Source: Okamejei kenojei
Lineage: Eukaryota
Assembly (NCBI GenBank): GCA_035221665.1
Contig: CM069149.1
Coordinates: 44,888,001-44,952,000, forward strand
DNA: 64,000 nt
Reading direction: 5' to 3'
This document shows positions 1 through 13,274 of this stretch, piece after piece. The notes beneath the pieces are model-generated. The model searched no databases. It was not told the DNA's origin and was given only the letters and a program-made list of their open reading frames with translations. Within the stretch, counting starts at the first letter, position 1; the number at the start of each line of letters is the position of its first letter. The translations under genes and the position numbers were made by a program.

Positions 1-270
1 CAATGGGTTAGGGCCCTTCTTCAGACTGATTGTGGTGGATGAGGTGAGGAGAAAGTGGGAAGAGAGGTGAGGGCAGGGCACAATCCGGTCAATGATAGTG
101 AGGTGGTGGGGGGTTGATAGGAAGATGGTCGGACGAATGCCAGAAATGAAAGACAGAAGATGAGAGACAAAAGGATTGAAATGTTGCAATTTGTGACACC
201 AGAAGATGGAAGGGGACGGAGGAGGGGAGAAATAGGTGTAAAACCAAGGGTGCCACAGGGGAGGAAAAAG
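1..270 (-). mobile_element. Penelope-like 3' tail fragment
   Basis: Starts with the reverse complement of CAGTCTGAAGAAGGG, followed by purine-rich sequence resembling the complement of 41130-41360. Confidence 0.55.
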
Positions 271-689
271 CCCCATTTATATTTTGACAACACTTTCCCA
301 AAGCTCATAATCACAACTGTCTCTGCCAATCTAGTTGTCTGAAATCCATTACTCGATGAGCAGTCATTTTTCTCCACTTAAATTACGGAACGACCAAAAC
401 TTTTATCTTTGTCCAGCTGCAGCCCTGGCCCCTGTACTGACCGCTCCCACCACCCTGCTGGCTCTCGTGCTGAACCACACTGTTCACTACCTCAGCATCT
501 TTCTTGCCTTTGAGCTGCACCCACGTGGTATAATCTTGACTAAAACTGACACTCAGCCAAAGAGAACGATGCCCAGTTAGAATGTGCCTGAAACCTTAAT
601 CATAAGTAAGTTATTAAAGAGCATTGATAGGAACAGAGGGAGGCAGTGACGTTTTGGGAGAGGGCTCCTAGAGCTTAGACAGCAAATAA

Positions 690-1033
690 AAGTCACAGAA
701 ATACACACAGACCCTTGTGTCCACCCTGTCCATTCTGACAAGCACTCGTTTATACTTATCATGCAGTAATCTAATCCATCTTTATTATTTCCACATTGTC
801 ATCAGCTATCCCCAGATTCTACCACTCACCTACACATAAGGGGCATTCTGCAGAGGCCAATTAACCTACCAACCCACACGTCTTTGGGATTTGGAGGGGA
901 AAGCAGAGCACCTAGAGGAAACCCACAGGGAGAACATGTAAGTTCCACGCAGACAGCACCTGAGGTCAAGGTTTTGATCTTGGGGTCCCTGACACTGAGG
1001 CAGCGCTCAACAAACTGCGCCTCTCTGCCACCA
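690..1033 (-). mobile_element. tRNA-derived V-SINE (HE1-like)
   Basis: Reverse complement contains a V-domain-like GTGCTGTCTGCGTGGAACTTACATGTTCTCCC...GTGGGTTTCCTC and a tRNA-like head. Confidence 0.75.
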
Positions 1034-2530
1034 TGTGTGGTCATACAAAAAGCCCTTATTGAAATTCATTGCCCTGTATATTTATAAGTCTGGGAAAGAT
1101 TACAGGCATAGGGAGAAGTGAGGCTCAAGGGTGATGTGAAGTACTGTGGGTACTGCATGTTAACGTCAGCAAAGTCCCTTAGTGGCTTTGCCGACATGAA
1201 AGCAATGTCCCAGTTTCGCTCTGAAGAAACAGAATTTGATATTAGAATACTTTTAGCAATAGGAAGCTTAAAACAACATCATGTGCACAATTGTTTTAAA
1301 GCTGCTGATTTGGCCATTTTTCAAATTAGTACCTTTCCTCTCATGAAATGATCTGTCAAACATTTAGTAGCAGATTTGTTTTGTTGCTTATAATGTAGTC
1401 CACCAGAGGCCATTATTCTTGGCAAATCTTTGTTCCTGATCCTTTCACATAGCAGTTACATTGCTATCTGAGCGAACACTGCCAACAGAGGTTTGGCATA
1501 TTACCATCAAGGGCACCTAGAGAAAACATTTAATGTAGCCAAATGTATATCAGCCAAGCAACACAGGAAGGAAGGTCTTAAGTTCAACTCTTGGTCTGTA
1601 TTAAGGAGGCCAGGAAGGCAATAAGGCATCTTAATTAACAGTGATATCCCTACATTAATGTTCCTACTGCTGATTGTTCTCCAGTGAACCCTGCTGGAAA
1701 TTGCACTTTTGGGAAATCAAGTGAGTACAGGGGTCAACTAGCCTCCATGGTCAACTAATCTGTCAACATTCCCTTAGTTCACAGTGTAAACTGGGTGTAG
1801 TAGAGGGGGCTGTGGCCTCTATGAAACTACTTTACAGCAAAAGTCAGTGTCTTCAGGAGAGGAATAGACAGCAGTGCTGTATAAATAATAGGGCTGCATG
1901 CTCCAAACGAGGGACCTTTTTGCATTTTAATTTAACACCAAATGTCCGCAAGGTCTTTATAATAGATATTATTTGTTTCACTCAGCCGAGGTTATGAAGT
2001 GAGGAAATACTTCATTGAGTATTTCAGCTGAGAACAAATCACAGTAAATCACAGAGGGTATTGAGAATGAGGAACTCTGGCATCTGAAATGGCTAATGCA
2101 GAAAGTCCATGACAAGGGAATGCAGATCATCTGTGGAGAGAGGGCAAAATATTTTACAAAGCAGGAAGGTCGAGGTAGAGTGGTAAAGACTTGTATGGGG
2201 TAATGAACACTGGCATCGACTATTTAGGATTGAATCGTTTTTCATTACTCGTGTGGCTGTAAAAATGGTGAAAAATATTTTAAGAGTGTGCTGTCAGATT
2301 TTTCACTCACCTATTTGTGTGCCTACAGCTATCCATCTGTATGCAGTCATTCCCATCTGCTAATAACACAATATTGTTGGAGTGTGGGAACAAATAACTG
2401 TAATCCAATTATTTAAACAGAAAATAAACTTTATTTGGTCCACCAATCATGAACAATATAAGAAAGCTGGCATAGAAAGAATTGCGGGTGTCTGGTGTGA
2501 GTAATTAGCCTCCTTAACGTCTAATTCTAA

Positions 2531-2886
2531 AGGGCCTGTCCCACTGTACGAGGTAATTCAAGTTCTCCCGAGTTTTCCCCTGATCCGAACTCGGAGAATG
2601 TCCGTAGCGGGTCCGTGGGAGTTCGTGGATGTCCCGTAGCGGCTCGTACGAGTAAAAAGTAACCATTTTTTTCATCACGAGTATTTTTTTTACTCGTGGA
2701 CATTTTTCACAGTGTTGAAAAAACGTCACAAGTTTACCGGATTTCCCGAATACCAACTGTTACTCGTACGAGCCGCTACGGGACATTCACGAACTCCTAC
2801 GGACCCGCTACGGACATTCTCCGAGTTCAAATCAGGGGAAAACTCGGGAGAACTCTTGATTTACCTCGTACAGTGGGACAGGCCCT
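2531..2886. mobile_element. PIF/Harbinger-type MITE, ~125-bp TIRs, TAA TSD
   Basis: AGGGCCTGTCCCACTGTACGAGG...CCTCGTACAGTGGGACAGGCCCT. Arms at ~2531-2655 and ~2760-2886; TAA on both sides. Confidence 0.9.
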
Positions 2887-5800
2887 TAAAGCTAGGTTAG
2901 ATGACAAGATACCAAGTTAACAATCATGTGATTTTAGGAGTGATGTAAATTCTTAGGTTAATTTACAAATCGGGCTTTCTGTGTATTTTTTTGGGGTTTA
3001 TAACAGAACTACAAAGCCTTAATAAAATGAAAAGCAAACAGAGATTGAAAAGACATTCATTGCTGATAAGTTAATTGATGTTACATACAATTGGTTTACC
3101 AGAGCAAAGCATGAATTCATTGAATTGAATCTTTTGGAGTCACAGCATTGCAGTTGAATTGTCCCTGAAGCAGGTGAGGAAACAACATTCTAATTTAGCT
3201 CACGCATTTGTCCAACATCACAATCTGGTGCAGAACTAAACCATGCAAAGAAACAAATGTTACATATAAGACTAGTACAGCTTCATTTTATTAATAAAAT
3301 TAGCGTTTTTTGAAAGAAAAAAAATGCTCAAAAATTCTTACTGAACAAAATTGTTATGCTGGTTGTCTTTTTAAAACATGTTTAATGTTTCTAGTGTCAA
3401 AATATTGTAAACAATAAATTTTAATGTGTGTTGAAAGAGTAGTGTAATTCTATAATTGTTAATGTGTTTAATTTTATTTTATTTTGGCCTGTTCATTGTC
3501 TGTGTATTAGAAACTATTTTGGGTTTTTTAGGGTGTGTATTAAATGGGCTTTGGTGCATTACATGAAAATCTTGTATGTTCAACAAATTAACTTCTTTGA
3601 CATTTACTTTGACAAAAAAAGTACTGCCTTCATTTGCCTTTACGATGAAAAGGGTTTTCCTTTTGGTTCTTTTGCTGCAAACTATTGCTGCCGTACAATC
3701 TCCCTCTTTTCTTCGTATGTGTGCACAATATTCACGTGCTTTTTCGCTTTTTCGCTTCTCCCCATTACTTAACATAAATGGATGTCATTGCCAGGATTGA
3801 AATCAAGTCCAGCAAAAACTCTTGCAGTTATACTGTGTTGAAATGTTAGTGTTAATGCTTTATAAACAAGTCATTCATCATCTGGTATTGGAAATGAACC
3901 AATTGGTAACTGATCTGGGATGTGTTCCATGCACGTTAATGGAGAGGACTAGGAAAGTCATCCCATTTCATTTGACCTTATTAAATGATCTAAATTGACA
4001 ACACTCGGATTAACCCCTCAATGTTTGATTTAAAGGTGCATTCCTCAGTAAAATATGTTCCTCAGTTAAACACAAAATGCGTACATATTTTCTCCTTTAT
4101 GCTGAATGACTGTCCTATTGTATATTTCAAGAATGATTCATAGCCTCTCCTTTATATTGTCCAATTTGTAAGATGGTTGATTGGAATAGTCAGGTTGATA
4201 ATTCAAGAATATTAATTTGTACTTTAAAGTAAAGGGAATATTCAGCCCTGCTGTGATTGGCACTAATTGCTGAGTTTCCTGGTGTTACATTGGGGATTCA
4301 TTTTAAAGATAAATGGACAAAGTTAGTCAACTTGAAATTGTTCAAAATGTGAAAAGAAAACTGTCCAAATTTGCTTCCTCCTGAATTGTATGATTGGTCT
4401 CCCTTGTGAAACTTGCAGCTCCTGTCCACATTTGGCATTCTGAGTTAATTTATCAAAGAATAAGCAGAGTTCATCCAGTCCAAGTGCATGGAGAGTGACA
4501 GGCGCAAAGAGACTTCCTAGCATCCATAAGGCAAGTAATTATGTGAAACCGTGTGATCTCTGATCATTCAATCCCTAATCAGTTACTGCTGAGAAGATTG
4601 CATTGAGAATCTGATGACCCTTTTCATTAACATACAGCTTTCTTCATAGATTTATCAATCCATATAGATTTAATTGATGGTAGTTTGTCACTGTGGTGCT
4701 GGCAGGTAATGAAATGAAGATAATCAGCATATGTTCAAGGAGAACAGCCTCGGTCTGACCGGGCTTGGTCTTTATCTGATAACCAGTATTTTAGCATCAG
4801 ACAAAGATTGTGTTGGTGAATCAATAACAGTCATACTGGGAGGCAAACTATCTTCAAAATAAGTGTCACAATGTTGTATGACTTTTAGTCATGTCCAGCT
4901 AAAGTGCAGTTTTAGAAATTCTCAAATTAAATATTGTTTTCTATGTTTCATATTAATATAAGATTAACTGTAAAAACATGCCACTATGAAAATCCTTTGG
5001 GACCTCCATTATTTTCTGTCATTCACATTCCAGCTATGCCGTAAGGCATGGACGTGTATGGTTCTGTCAACAGTGCACTGCAGGTGGCCTTTAAGATGTG
5101 TTCGAGAGAGACATAGGATAATTTACCTCCTGTACATAAAATCACAGATTTGGACTAGCTCTTATAAAAATCTTGTTGACTTTTTATTATAATATATAGA
5201 TCTTAATCATGATGGATAAACCTAAATGTTTCTTCATTTGGATATATTAGGAGGTAGGAAAAGCTTAGTTTATTCAGGATTTACAAGGATTCACTTTTAG
5301 CTTTGGGTCCCGATTTTAATCTTTTCCCAATGTATCAGTGTCCGATGCTCAGATCAAGTTCACACATTGATAACTCAAAAGATAACAAGTATTTGTGCTC
5401 TCCAAAGCCCCTGTACACCTTTTATCTATCCCAGTGTGAATGAAAAGTACCTGGGACTGATCATGTATGCCTGGGGTCCTTGCTCATGTTTTTCTTGTGT
5501 AAACTCCAAGGGTTTACTGCTGGACTGGGGATTCCATATTTGGCCTAATATTGAGGTACAATCTTAAATTATGAGCTCAGGGAAATGGTGCTGGTAAAAA
5601 GCTCGTTTTAGGAGGCACACTTTGGAATGGGAAATTCTGGCCACTGAATACAATCGGAAAACAAAAAATACAATTGACATTTTTGCTGCTGAAGAATCTC
5701 TTACGTAAAACCAAGATGACAACAAAATGTTTTGGAATATGTATCTGCTGTAACAACAATGAATTTATTTTGTTTTGATATATGTTATTCTTCGTAACTC

Positions 5801-6499
5801 TTATTTTGAATTTGAAAATGTAATTGTTCTGTTTGCACAATATTTTGCTGCCCTGTAGATGGGTGTGGATGTGATCTGTTAACTCCACATCAGTGAGGTA
5901 AAGGAACATCTCTTATTTAATGCAAAGCAAAAATAAAAAGATGTCTCCATTATAATTTGCATTTACTTATGTACATTCATTTAAATTTAAGTTATGGGTA
6001 ACTTTTCTTTTAAGATAATAATAGCAAATTAAGCTCCTCCTTCTTGCCTTGATTCAGACATTTACCTTTCTAGAAACCGGACTTTTCTTACCATTGTGTG
6101 TGTTTAATCTTTTGGGCAAGCAATATATATATAACTTGCTATTAAAGTCTGTCATCTGGGCTTTAATTAAATGTATTTAACCAAAATTTGTGTTTGTGTG
6201 TTTCGTTGACATTGCAGTTATACTATTACAAGTCTGCTATGGTTCTTCCACCATGCCCTGTGGACCGTTATACGGTGAGTTTAAATGTGTGTCCCTTCAA
6301 GTCTATCTAACTGCTGTGGCTACAAAAAACAAATACCAGCAAGTGACCATTTCCAACATGAGTCTTAATCACTTCCGTTCAACACCATTGCCATGGTAAC
6401 ATTCCTCCAATATTGACATCATGAGGTTCGATATTAACCGAAGCAGCCATGGACTTAATGTTGGGCAGGTTAGAGGCTGAGTATTTTGTATCAGGTAAC

Positions 6500-6950
6500 T
6501 CCCAAATACCTCCCCACTGTCATAGTTCAGGATCTTGCTGGAATGGTGTCCACCTGCCTGGGTGAGTGCAGCTCCAAACACCCAGGACAAAGAAGGTCAC
6601 GCAACAAGCATCCCCACCCACCTTCCGCTTCCCCCCAACACCGCACACCACAGCTGGAGTGCTAAACATGCAACATGGCAAGCTTATGTCAACTGCACCT
6701 TCCAATCTGCACACAGCAGAACCAAGAAGAGCACAGACACCACATGTATGGGAAAGTTTAAATTCCTCTTCAAGTGACGTATCATTGCTGTCCCAACCCA
6801 AACCAGCTCTACTCACTTGCACTGGGAAGGGTTGATCAAGTGGATGGCAGCAGTTCCAGAAGGCACCATGCCATGACTTGATAAGGAAGATTAGAGATGG
6901 GCAATAAATGCTGGTTATCTCACATCACCACGTCCCTTGAATGAACAACA
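6500..6950 (+). mobile_element. Old LINE 3' end (CR1/L2 group); related remnants at ~23590-23850 (+) and ~35330-35720 (-)
   Basis: WCPPAWVSAAP...QDK RT C-terminal remnant and the tail GGGCAATAAATGCTGG. Confidence 0.6.
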
Positions 6951-7220
6951 ACAACTTAATGTAGATGGTTTTTGTGGAATATTTTAGAGAGATTTCATGT
7001 ACTGTATTTGAGAAAGATTTAAACAGCGAGAAGTGAACAGAGAATCAGAAAGATTTGGGAGGGATTTCAATGAGTGGTCTCAAGTACTGACAGATGACTG
7101 GAAGGAACTGATTGCACAAGAGCTCTTGCAAGGTGAAATGCAGGGCTGGAAATCTCATTTGGAAAGTGGACTGAGGAAGATTTCAAATGAGATCTGAGAG
7201 ATGACGTTGAGCCACTGAGG

Positions 7221-7501
7221 AAATATAGAAACATAGAAAATAGGTGCAGGAGCGGCCATTTGGCCCTACGAGCCTGCACCTGCCATTCATTGTGATCACC
7301 AAATCAGTAACCGTTCCTGCATATCCCCATATCCCTTGATTCCACTAGCGCCAAGAACTCTATCTATCTCTTTTTTTAATTCATCCAGTGAATTGGCCTC
7401 CTACTGCCTTCTGTGGCAGAGAATTCCACAAATTCACAACTCTGGGTGAAAATGTGTTCTTCCCGTCTCAGTTTTAAATGGCCTACCCCTTTATTCTTAG
7501 A
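7221..7501 (-). mobile_element. CR1/HER1-like LINE 3' end
   Basis: Same 3' sequence as 22808-23205, with an ATAGAAAC tail repeat. Confidence 0.85.
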
Positions 7502-8507
7502 TAAGGAAGAAAAAAAGTCTGTGTGCAGCAGAAGGAGTTAGAGGACAAGTTGTCATTGGTTTGGCACTGTGGGAACCTGGAGGTTTGGTGAGCAGCTAAA
7601 TGAAAACGCTAATGAGACTTTAAGAAGCGGAGTTGATGAGGTGGGCATGGGGATGAAGCATTAGATTCATTTTGGCAATGGGCAGGAATCAGTCATGGGT
7701 AGAATTACATCCCGAGGTTGTGGCAAATGAGTGAGTGAGGTTAATGGCAAGAACACAACCTTCGATGCGGTAATTTTCTTTTTAAAATGTTTTGTTAACA
7801 TTTCATAAATCCCGAGACAAAACCTTATCACTCAGCAATATTACTATAATTCATCTGACGTCCAATTATTAATGAAAATAGATTTACATTCGTTTGAATT
7901 CGAATTTGGACAGCACATGAACGGAAATACTGCGTGTCCTAATGTGTGTAATATAGTTTCATCATCAAGAACAAAGGCACTTTAACAGCCTGATTGTTCT
8001 AATAACCTAGACAACTCCACTTTGAGTGTCGGGTGAAATTAAAGTTCCTTGCTGGATCTTCAAAGTTAATAATTAACCTTAATAATTATTTCGAGAAGCC
8101 AGGAAACGTGTCTGCAATTACATGCGCCAACGCCATTTGCTTTACTTTAGCCCTATAACGCGATCATTTAAAACACCATTCCGTGAGCTGGTGTTTTTGT
8201 TTCAATCTTTAGTTGTTCTCCGGGTGAAATAAACACCAGTCGAATGGGAAACGGGACGCCCTTCGCTTCTTTTCTGTCCACACCGTCGTCCGTATCAGCT
8301 CGTCCAACCATTCATACTCATCATTTCGTGCCTCGGAGAACACATACTTACTGGTGTGGCCATCAGTCTGGTCCTGGTGGGTAGAATAATTAGGAAGAAA
8401 AAAGACGGACACTTGGTCCTCTGATTCTGATTCACATTGCTCATTCTCAATTATATTACCATTCCACTGCACCAATCAACTTTAAAACAATAATTGAATT
8501 ATTTTTA

Positions 8508-8682
8508 TGTTTAAGGAAGAACTGCAGATGCTGGAAAAAACGACGGTAGACAAAAATGTTGGAGGAACTCAGCGGGTGAGGCAGCATCCGTGGAGAGAAG
8601 AAATTGGCGACGTTGCGGGCCTTCTCTCCATAGATGCTGTCTCACCCGCTGAGTTCCTACGGCATTTTTGTCTACCATTGAA
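8508..8682. mobile_element. Penelope-tail-derived fold-back element
   Basis: Inverted arms GGTAGACAAAAATG...CTCAGCGGGTGAGGCAGCATC / GATGCTGTCTCACCCGCTGAG...CATTTTTGTCTACC. Confidence 0.8.
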
Positions 8683-10041
8683 ATATCTTAATCCGGTGTT
8701 GTTTTTTATACTAAATTGGCTGTGCTGTTGCGGCCGTTTCTACTGGTATCCCCGTTCCCGCGTTAAAGTTTGTCTCAAATAACTGTCGGCGCGGCCAGAA
8801 ATCTACATCGCTCATAAATGACGCGAATTCGTTCCCTCTCTCTGCCCTATGCTCCACAACAGGGTGGGGCGGGAGAAAGGGAGTGACCCTCAAGTTTCTG
8901 GAAAGGTAACTCTTAACGATACCTGGATCCTATGCAGGTAATTTAAGGTTTAAAACATTTAGGTAAAACAGATTTTTTTAGAAAGATCTATCAGTGCCTT
9001 CAGGTCATTTCTAAAAAGGGTTTGTTGTGAGGTTATTGTCAATGTGTATTATCGGAAATGAAGTGGTTAATATTCAGAAATAGAACCAGTTCCACATCGG
9101 TTCAGACCTAAGTGTTTGAATATGTGAAGAAAGGATGTGTTTTTCTGAATTGGTGCGGTTTGTCAGCGGCACCAAACACGTTGAATTAAAATGCCTGAAA
9201 TATCAAAGTCCGAAAGAAACGCCAGGTTATTTCAAGTAGTCTTCGGAAAACCGATCGACCAAATGTGATGACCTTCACACTGAAAAGATGTCATACCTTA
9301 TTCATAAGAAGGCAGGTTGTAGAAGAGGAGAGAGTTCACCCCCATGCTAACCTGATACAAGCTGTCAACAGGGAATGGTCTACTTTCTAGTTACAGCCTT
9401 AGTTTAAAATAATGAGGTGATTGAAGACGCATTAATGGTTTAAACCGCGGAGACCTTGTCTCCTCCGCCCCCAACTTTAAACGGGAGCTTTGAAGTTAAT
9501 GAGTCTTCAGAAACAGAACTTTACACACGGAAGCAGAAGAGACCAAAGACTGGACTACAAGTGGATCCGAATTTGCAAATGCCTTGCCTTTGAATAACTT
9601 TTCCACTTATCTATGTAGTCTGGTTTGAATAAGACAGCGCCACCTTAGGACGTGGAGCCATATCCAACTGGGAGTCTTCAACGGGGCGGACACATGATAA
9701 TCCCACCGGAATCCCAGCAGGAGTAATGACAACCTGGGTTGTATCTGGCAAAGCAGTCGCGCCAACAACCAATAAACTCTGTCACATTGGTTGTCAAGAC
9801 TTGTTTTCCGGCTCGGTCTACCATTGTTTCTTCTCCAGTTCTGGGGTTTGGGAAGAGTCCTAGAAACTCATGGGAAGAAGATGGACACAAAAAGCTGGAG
9901 TAACTCAGCGGGACAGGAAGGAATAGGTGACGTTTCGGGTCGAGAGCCTTTTTTAAACGGAATAATTAATGGGAAAAATGTTGTTATCTTAAATTCCAGT
10001 GGATTTGGGGCTTGACTTACCCGTATGTCATCTTGAGGGTA

Positions 10042-10064
10042 CCCCCCCCCCCCCCCCCCCCCCC
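10042..10064. repeat. Poly-C tract (23 nt); poly-G tracts also at 24425-24447 and 50061-50078
   Basis: Directly visible. Confidence 0.95.
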
Positions 10065-10188
10065 TTTAGTCTGATTCCACATCATCGGACGAAATTCCCG
10101 AAGGAATATTGGTGCCACATTGGAGATGAAAGATCAGACCTTGGCCATTCTGGGTAATCAGACCCGCGGGCAAGAAACTCGTCAGAAG

Positions 10189-10354
10189 TGTTTAGGAAGG
10201 AACTGCAGATGCTGGTTTGCACCGAAGATAGATACAAAATACTGGTGTAACTCAGCGGGGCAGACTGAAGAAGGGTCTCGACCCAAAACGTCACCCATTC
10301 CTTCTCTCCAGAGATGCTGCCTGTCCCGCTGAGTTACTCCAGCATTTTGTGTCT
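10189..10354. mobile_element. Penelope-tail-derived fold-back element with TSD
   Basis: Inverted arms around a hammerhead-like motif (10265-10292, GAAA mutated to AAAA). Flanks are AAACTCGTCAG(A/T)AG at 10175-10188 and 10355-10368. Confidence 0.85.
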
Positions 10355-10896
10355 AAACTCGTCAGTAGCCCTGACTAATATGTATCTCTGGAGCGATACC
10401 ACCGCCCCTGTTTAAGCAGTAATGGTGATTGCCCGACAGGTAGATCTTGGTTACAAAGTGTTTGAGGGATGTGAAAGGTGCTATCCAAACATACAAGTTA
10501 TTTCTTTCTGAACGACTGCAGCGCCTTATATTTATATTATTGGGGAAATCGTGCTGGAGGAGGCGTACTGTAATGAAACGGGTTATTTACTAAAGTTGTA
10601 TTCAACAATTCGACCTCGATTGTAACAATTTCTGGTTTGAAGTGAGCACCCCCTGTTCCTCTGGGTGTTTCCTGGTGGCGATCTTCGGATCACAAGAAGA
10701 TACTCAGATGCCTCGAATACATTACCATTTCTACATTACCCCATAATATCCAATAGTTCTTTCCCCGGTAAATTATTAATGTCGTGATCTATATTGTGAA
10801 GAACACTCGAAGCGGAATTGTCTTGGTTATTAGTGCAATCATATGTCTCCATAATGACTTTCCACTTTTAAAGCGGCCAGGATTAAAAGTGGGCAG

Positions 10897-10988
10897 GGTA
10901 CACAAAAAGCTGGAGAAACTCAGCGGGTGCAGCAGCATCTGAGGAGCGAAGGAGATAGGCGACGTTTCGGGTCGAGACCCTTCTTCAG
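10897..10988 (-). mobile_element. 92-bp Penelope-tail element with 10-bp TSD
   Basis: Near-identical reverse complement of 41363-41454. Flanked by AAGTGGGCAG at 10887-10896 and 10989-10998. Confidence 0.85.
10961..10988 (-). ncRNA. Minimal hammerhead ribozyme motif, intact core
   Basis: Reverse complement reads CTGAAGAAGGGTCTCGACCCGAAACGTC. Confidence 0.6.
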
Positions 10989-11197
10989 AAGTGGGCAGTT
11001 GGATTGGGCTAACCAGTCATCCTGGATCACTGATTACTGATCCTGGGACATTGCTGCGTCGCACCTGTTCCTCCATCGTCTTCCTTGTCATTACAAACAC
11101 AGAACAGGGAATGTTATTGATCCGGAGAGTTGCCGGTGTATCACTGACGCTTCAATGTAACAAACTGCTGGAGGAAAATGAACAGCTAGTTCCTGCT

Positions 11198-11387
11198 GAG
11201 TTTAGTTCAGTTTATTGTCACATGTACCGAGGTACAGTAAAACGCTTTTTAGTTGCGTGTCCAGTCAGCGGAAAGACTATAAATGATTACAATCAAGCAG
11301 TCCACATTGTACAGACAGATACAGGATAAAGTGAATAATATTTAGTGCAAGATAACAGCCAGTAAAAAGTCCGATTAAAGATAGTCC
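11198..11387 (-). mobile_element. Rex/Babar-like LINE 3' UTR fragment
   Basis: Begins GAGTTTAGTTCAGTTTATTGTCACATGTACC, which is ...GTGACAATAAA plus a short tail on the minus strand. Confidence 0.55.
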
Positions 11388-13052
11388 ACTGTACAGGACA
11401 GAAAGCTTCGATTCAAACAAGAAATCCCTCTGGAGAACAAGACGTGTCATCCATCCTCGCCATTTCTAAACATCCGCCTTGTTCCTTAACTCCTTTCGAC
11501 ACAAATTGAATCCCAACATTAGTATATGGCAGAGATCAGACTAAATTGTGAACCGTGCGGTCCCTTGTGCATTGATACACGATTCTTTGTTACATCTTTG
11601 TTACATCTGTTTGTTTATCTGATTAAAAGTCATAGCATCGGAAACTTTGTAGCGTTTTTATCCTGCTGTGTGCTCCTCTAGTATCTTTGCTGTGTACTAT
11701 TTGAGAATTAATCATATGGCAGAAATGAAACGAAGTATGTTACACAGCTCGTCTGCACACATGGATTTGAAATCTATTTAGATAAAGAATTCCATCAAAT
11801 ATCGTTTCCCCCAAAATGTAATTGGAGGATTGCGTTGCTCTCTGAGACTATTTTTTATTTTTTTAACGTTAAATGCTGACGAATTATTCAACAATAAATA
11901 AAGGCGGTCGTTAACGGGACAGTTAACAACTGCAAAACCCCCACAAACTGGAAAAGTAGGGACTACCTGAAGATAAAGTGGAATAATGTTACATTTAGTG
12001 AGATTAATATAAATTGATTTACATCAAATTCATTGTATCTCTAAATTTGTTTTTCGGTGTATGTTTTATGTATTATAAAACAGATATATATATAAAATAT
12101 ATATATAACAGATATATGTTTTTCTTGAGGTTGAGCAGGAAGTTCGGCTCTTGCAATAGTGTTGTTGGGACAGGTCTTCACGGAATGTAGTTATTGAGCA
12201 GGTGTTTTTATACACAGATGTTGTTTAAGATCTTTAGGATCTTTAGAACGGCCCCAAACGCTTCACGTTCAGTAAAGCACGTTTTGATAAGTGACCACTC
12301 TTCCAAGATAGGGGAGAAAAAGCCAATTAGTCAAGGGTCTGAATGGCCCGTATATCACAAATGGACAAAGAACAGGCACAGGTGAAACTTTGGCGCAATT
12401 ATTTGTTTTTAAGTCCACTACTCAATCCCCAATTGACGTGTTTATATCCTTATAGATGTGAACTATAATCGTGTAAGTGTAGATTGCGCCCAGGTACAAT
12501 GTGTGTGTCTGTGTGTTACAAAATGTATCCGTTCGTACATGTGTAAATATAGACGTGTTTTGAATATATGAGAGTATGTACAATGTATTACTCAACAACA
12601 CAATAATACTTTTATCAGAGATTCCTTAGTAAAAGCAATAACTGGATGTGTGTTTTGTCGAATTCATATCGTTCACAGGGAAATACATTAACGGGAATGG
12701 AACTGGAGAATGCCTCTCCAAAGCGTGTTCGAGAGAGACTTAAATTTGTCGTAAAGCTGTTCAAACGACAACTCAGAAACGATCCTTTGAAAATGAAATG
12801 TAGCATTATAGTTTCTTGCAGTTCCTTGTCTCCACGTTGCAGAGGACAGGTACATGTTCCGAGTTTGTTCCGCCAGGAATTACGCTCGTGTTCACTTCGT
12901 CCGAAAATGTCCCACATGCCAGTCAAGAGATTGAAAGTCCCAATCTCCTCTCTCGGGGTAAACTCAACGCCCCGGGTAAATATTTCAACCAACGATATCA
13001 AATGAGGGCATCAGAGAGGTGAACCAGGCGGTGCCCAAAGGTAGAATCCCAG

Positions 13053-13274
13053 CAAAGTGCTGGAGTAACTCAGATGGTCAGGCAGCATCTCTGAGATAAA
13101 GGATAGGTGACGTTTCGGATCGGGACACTTCTATTTTTTGGTCTGAAGAAGGGTCCCGACCCGTAACGTCGCCTATCCCTTATCTCCAGAGATGCTGCCT
13201 TGACCCGCTGAATACTCCAGCACTTTGTGTCTATCTTTGGTATAAACCAGCATCTGCAGTTCTTTGTTTCTACA
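13053..13274. mobile_element. Penelope-tail-derived fold-back element
   Basis: ~80-bp inverted arms centred on CTGAAGAAGGGTCCCGACCCGTAACGTC (from 13143). Confidence 0.85.

Noticed and set aside
3576-3800. Short ORF with a signal-peptide-like stretch MKRVFLLVLLLQTIAA
   Set aside because: T-rich DNA yields hydrophobic runs by chance; no promoter, splice or homology support.
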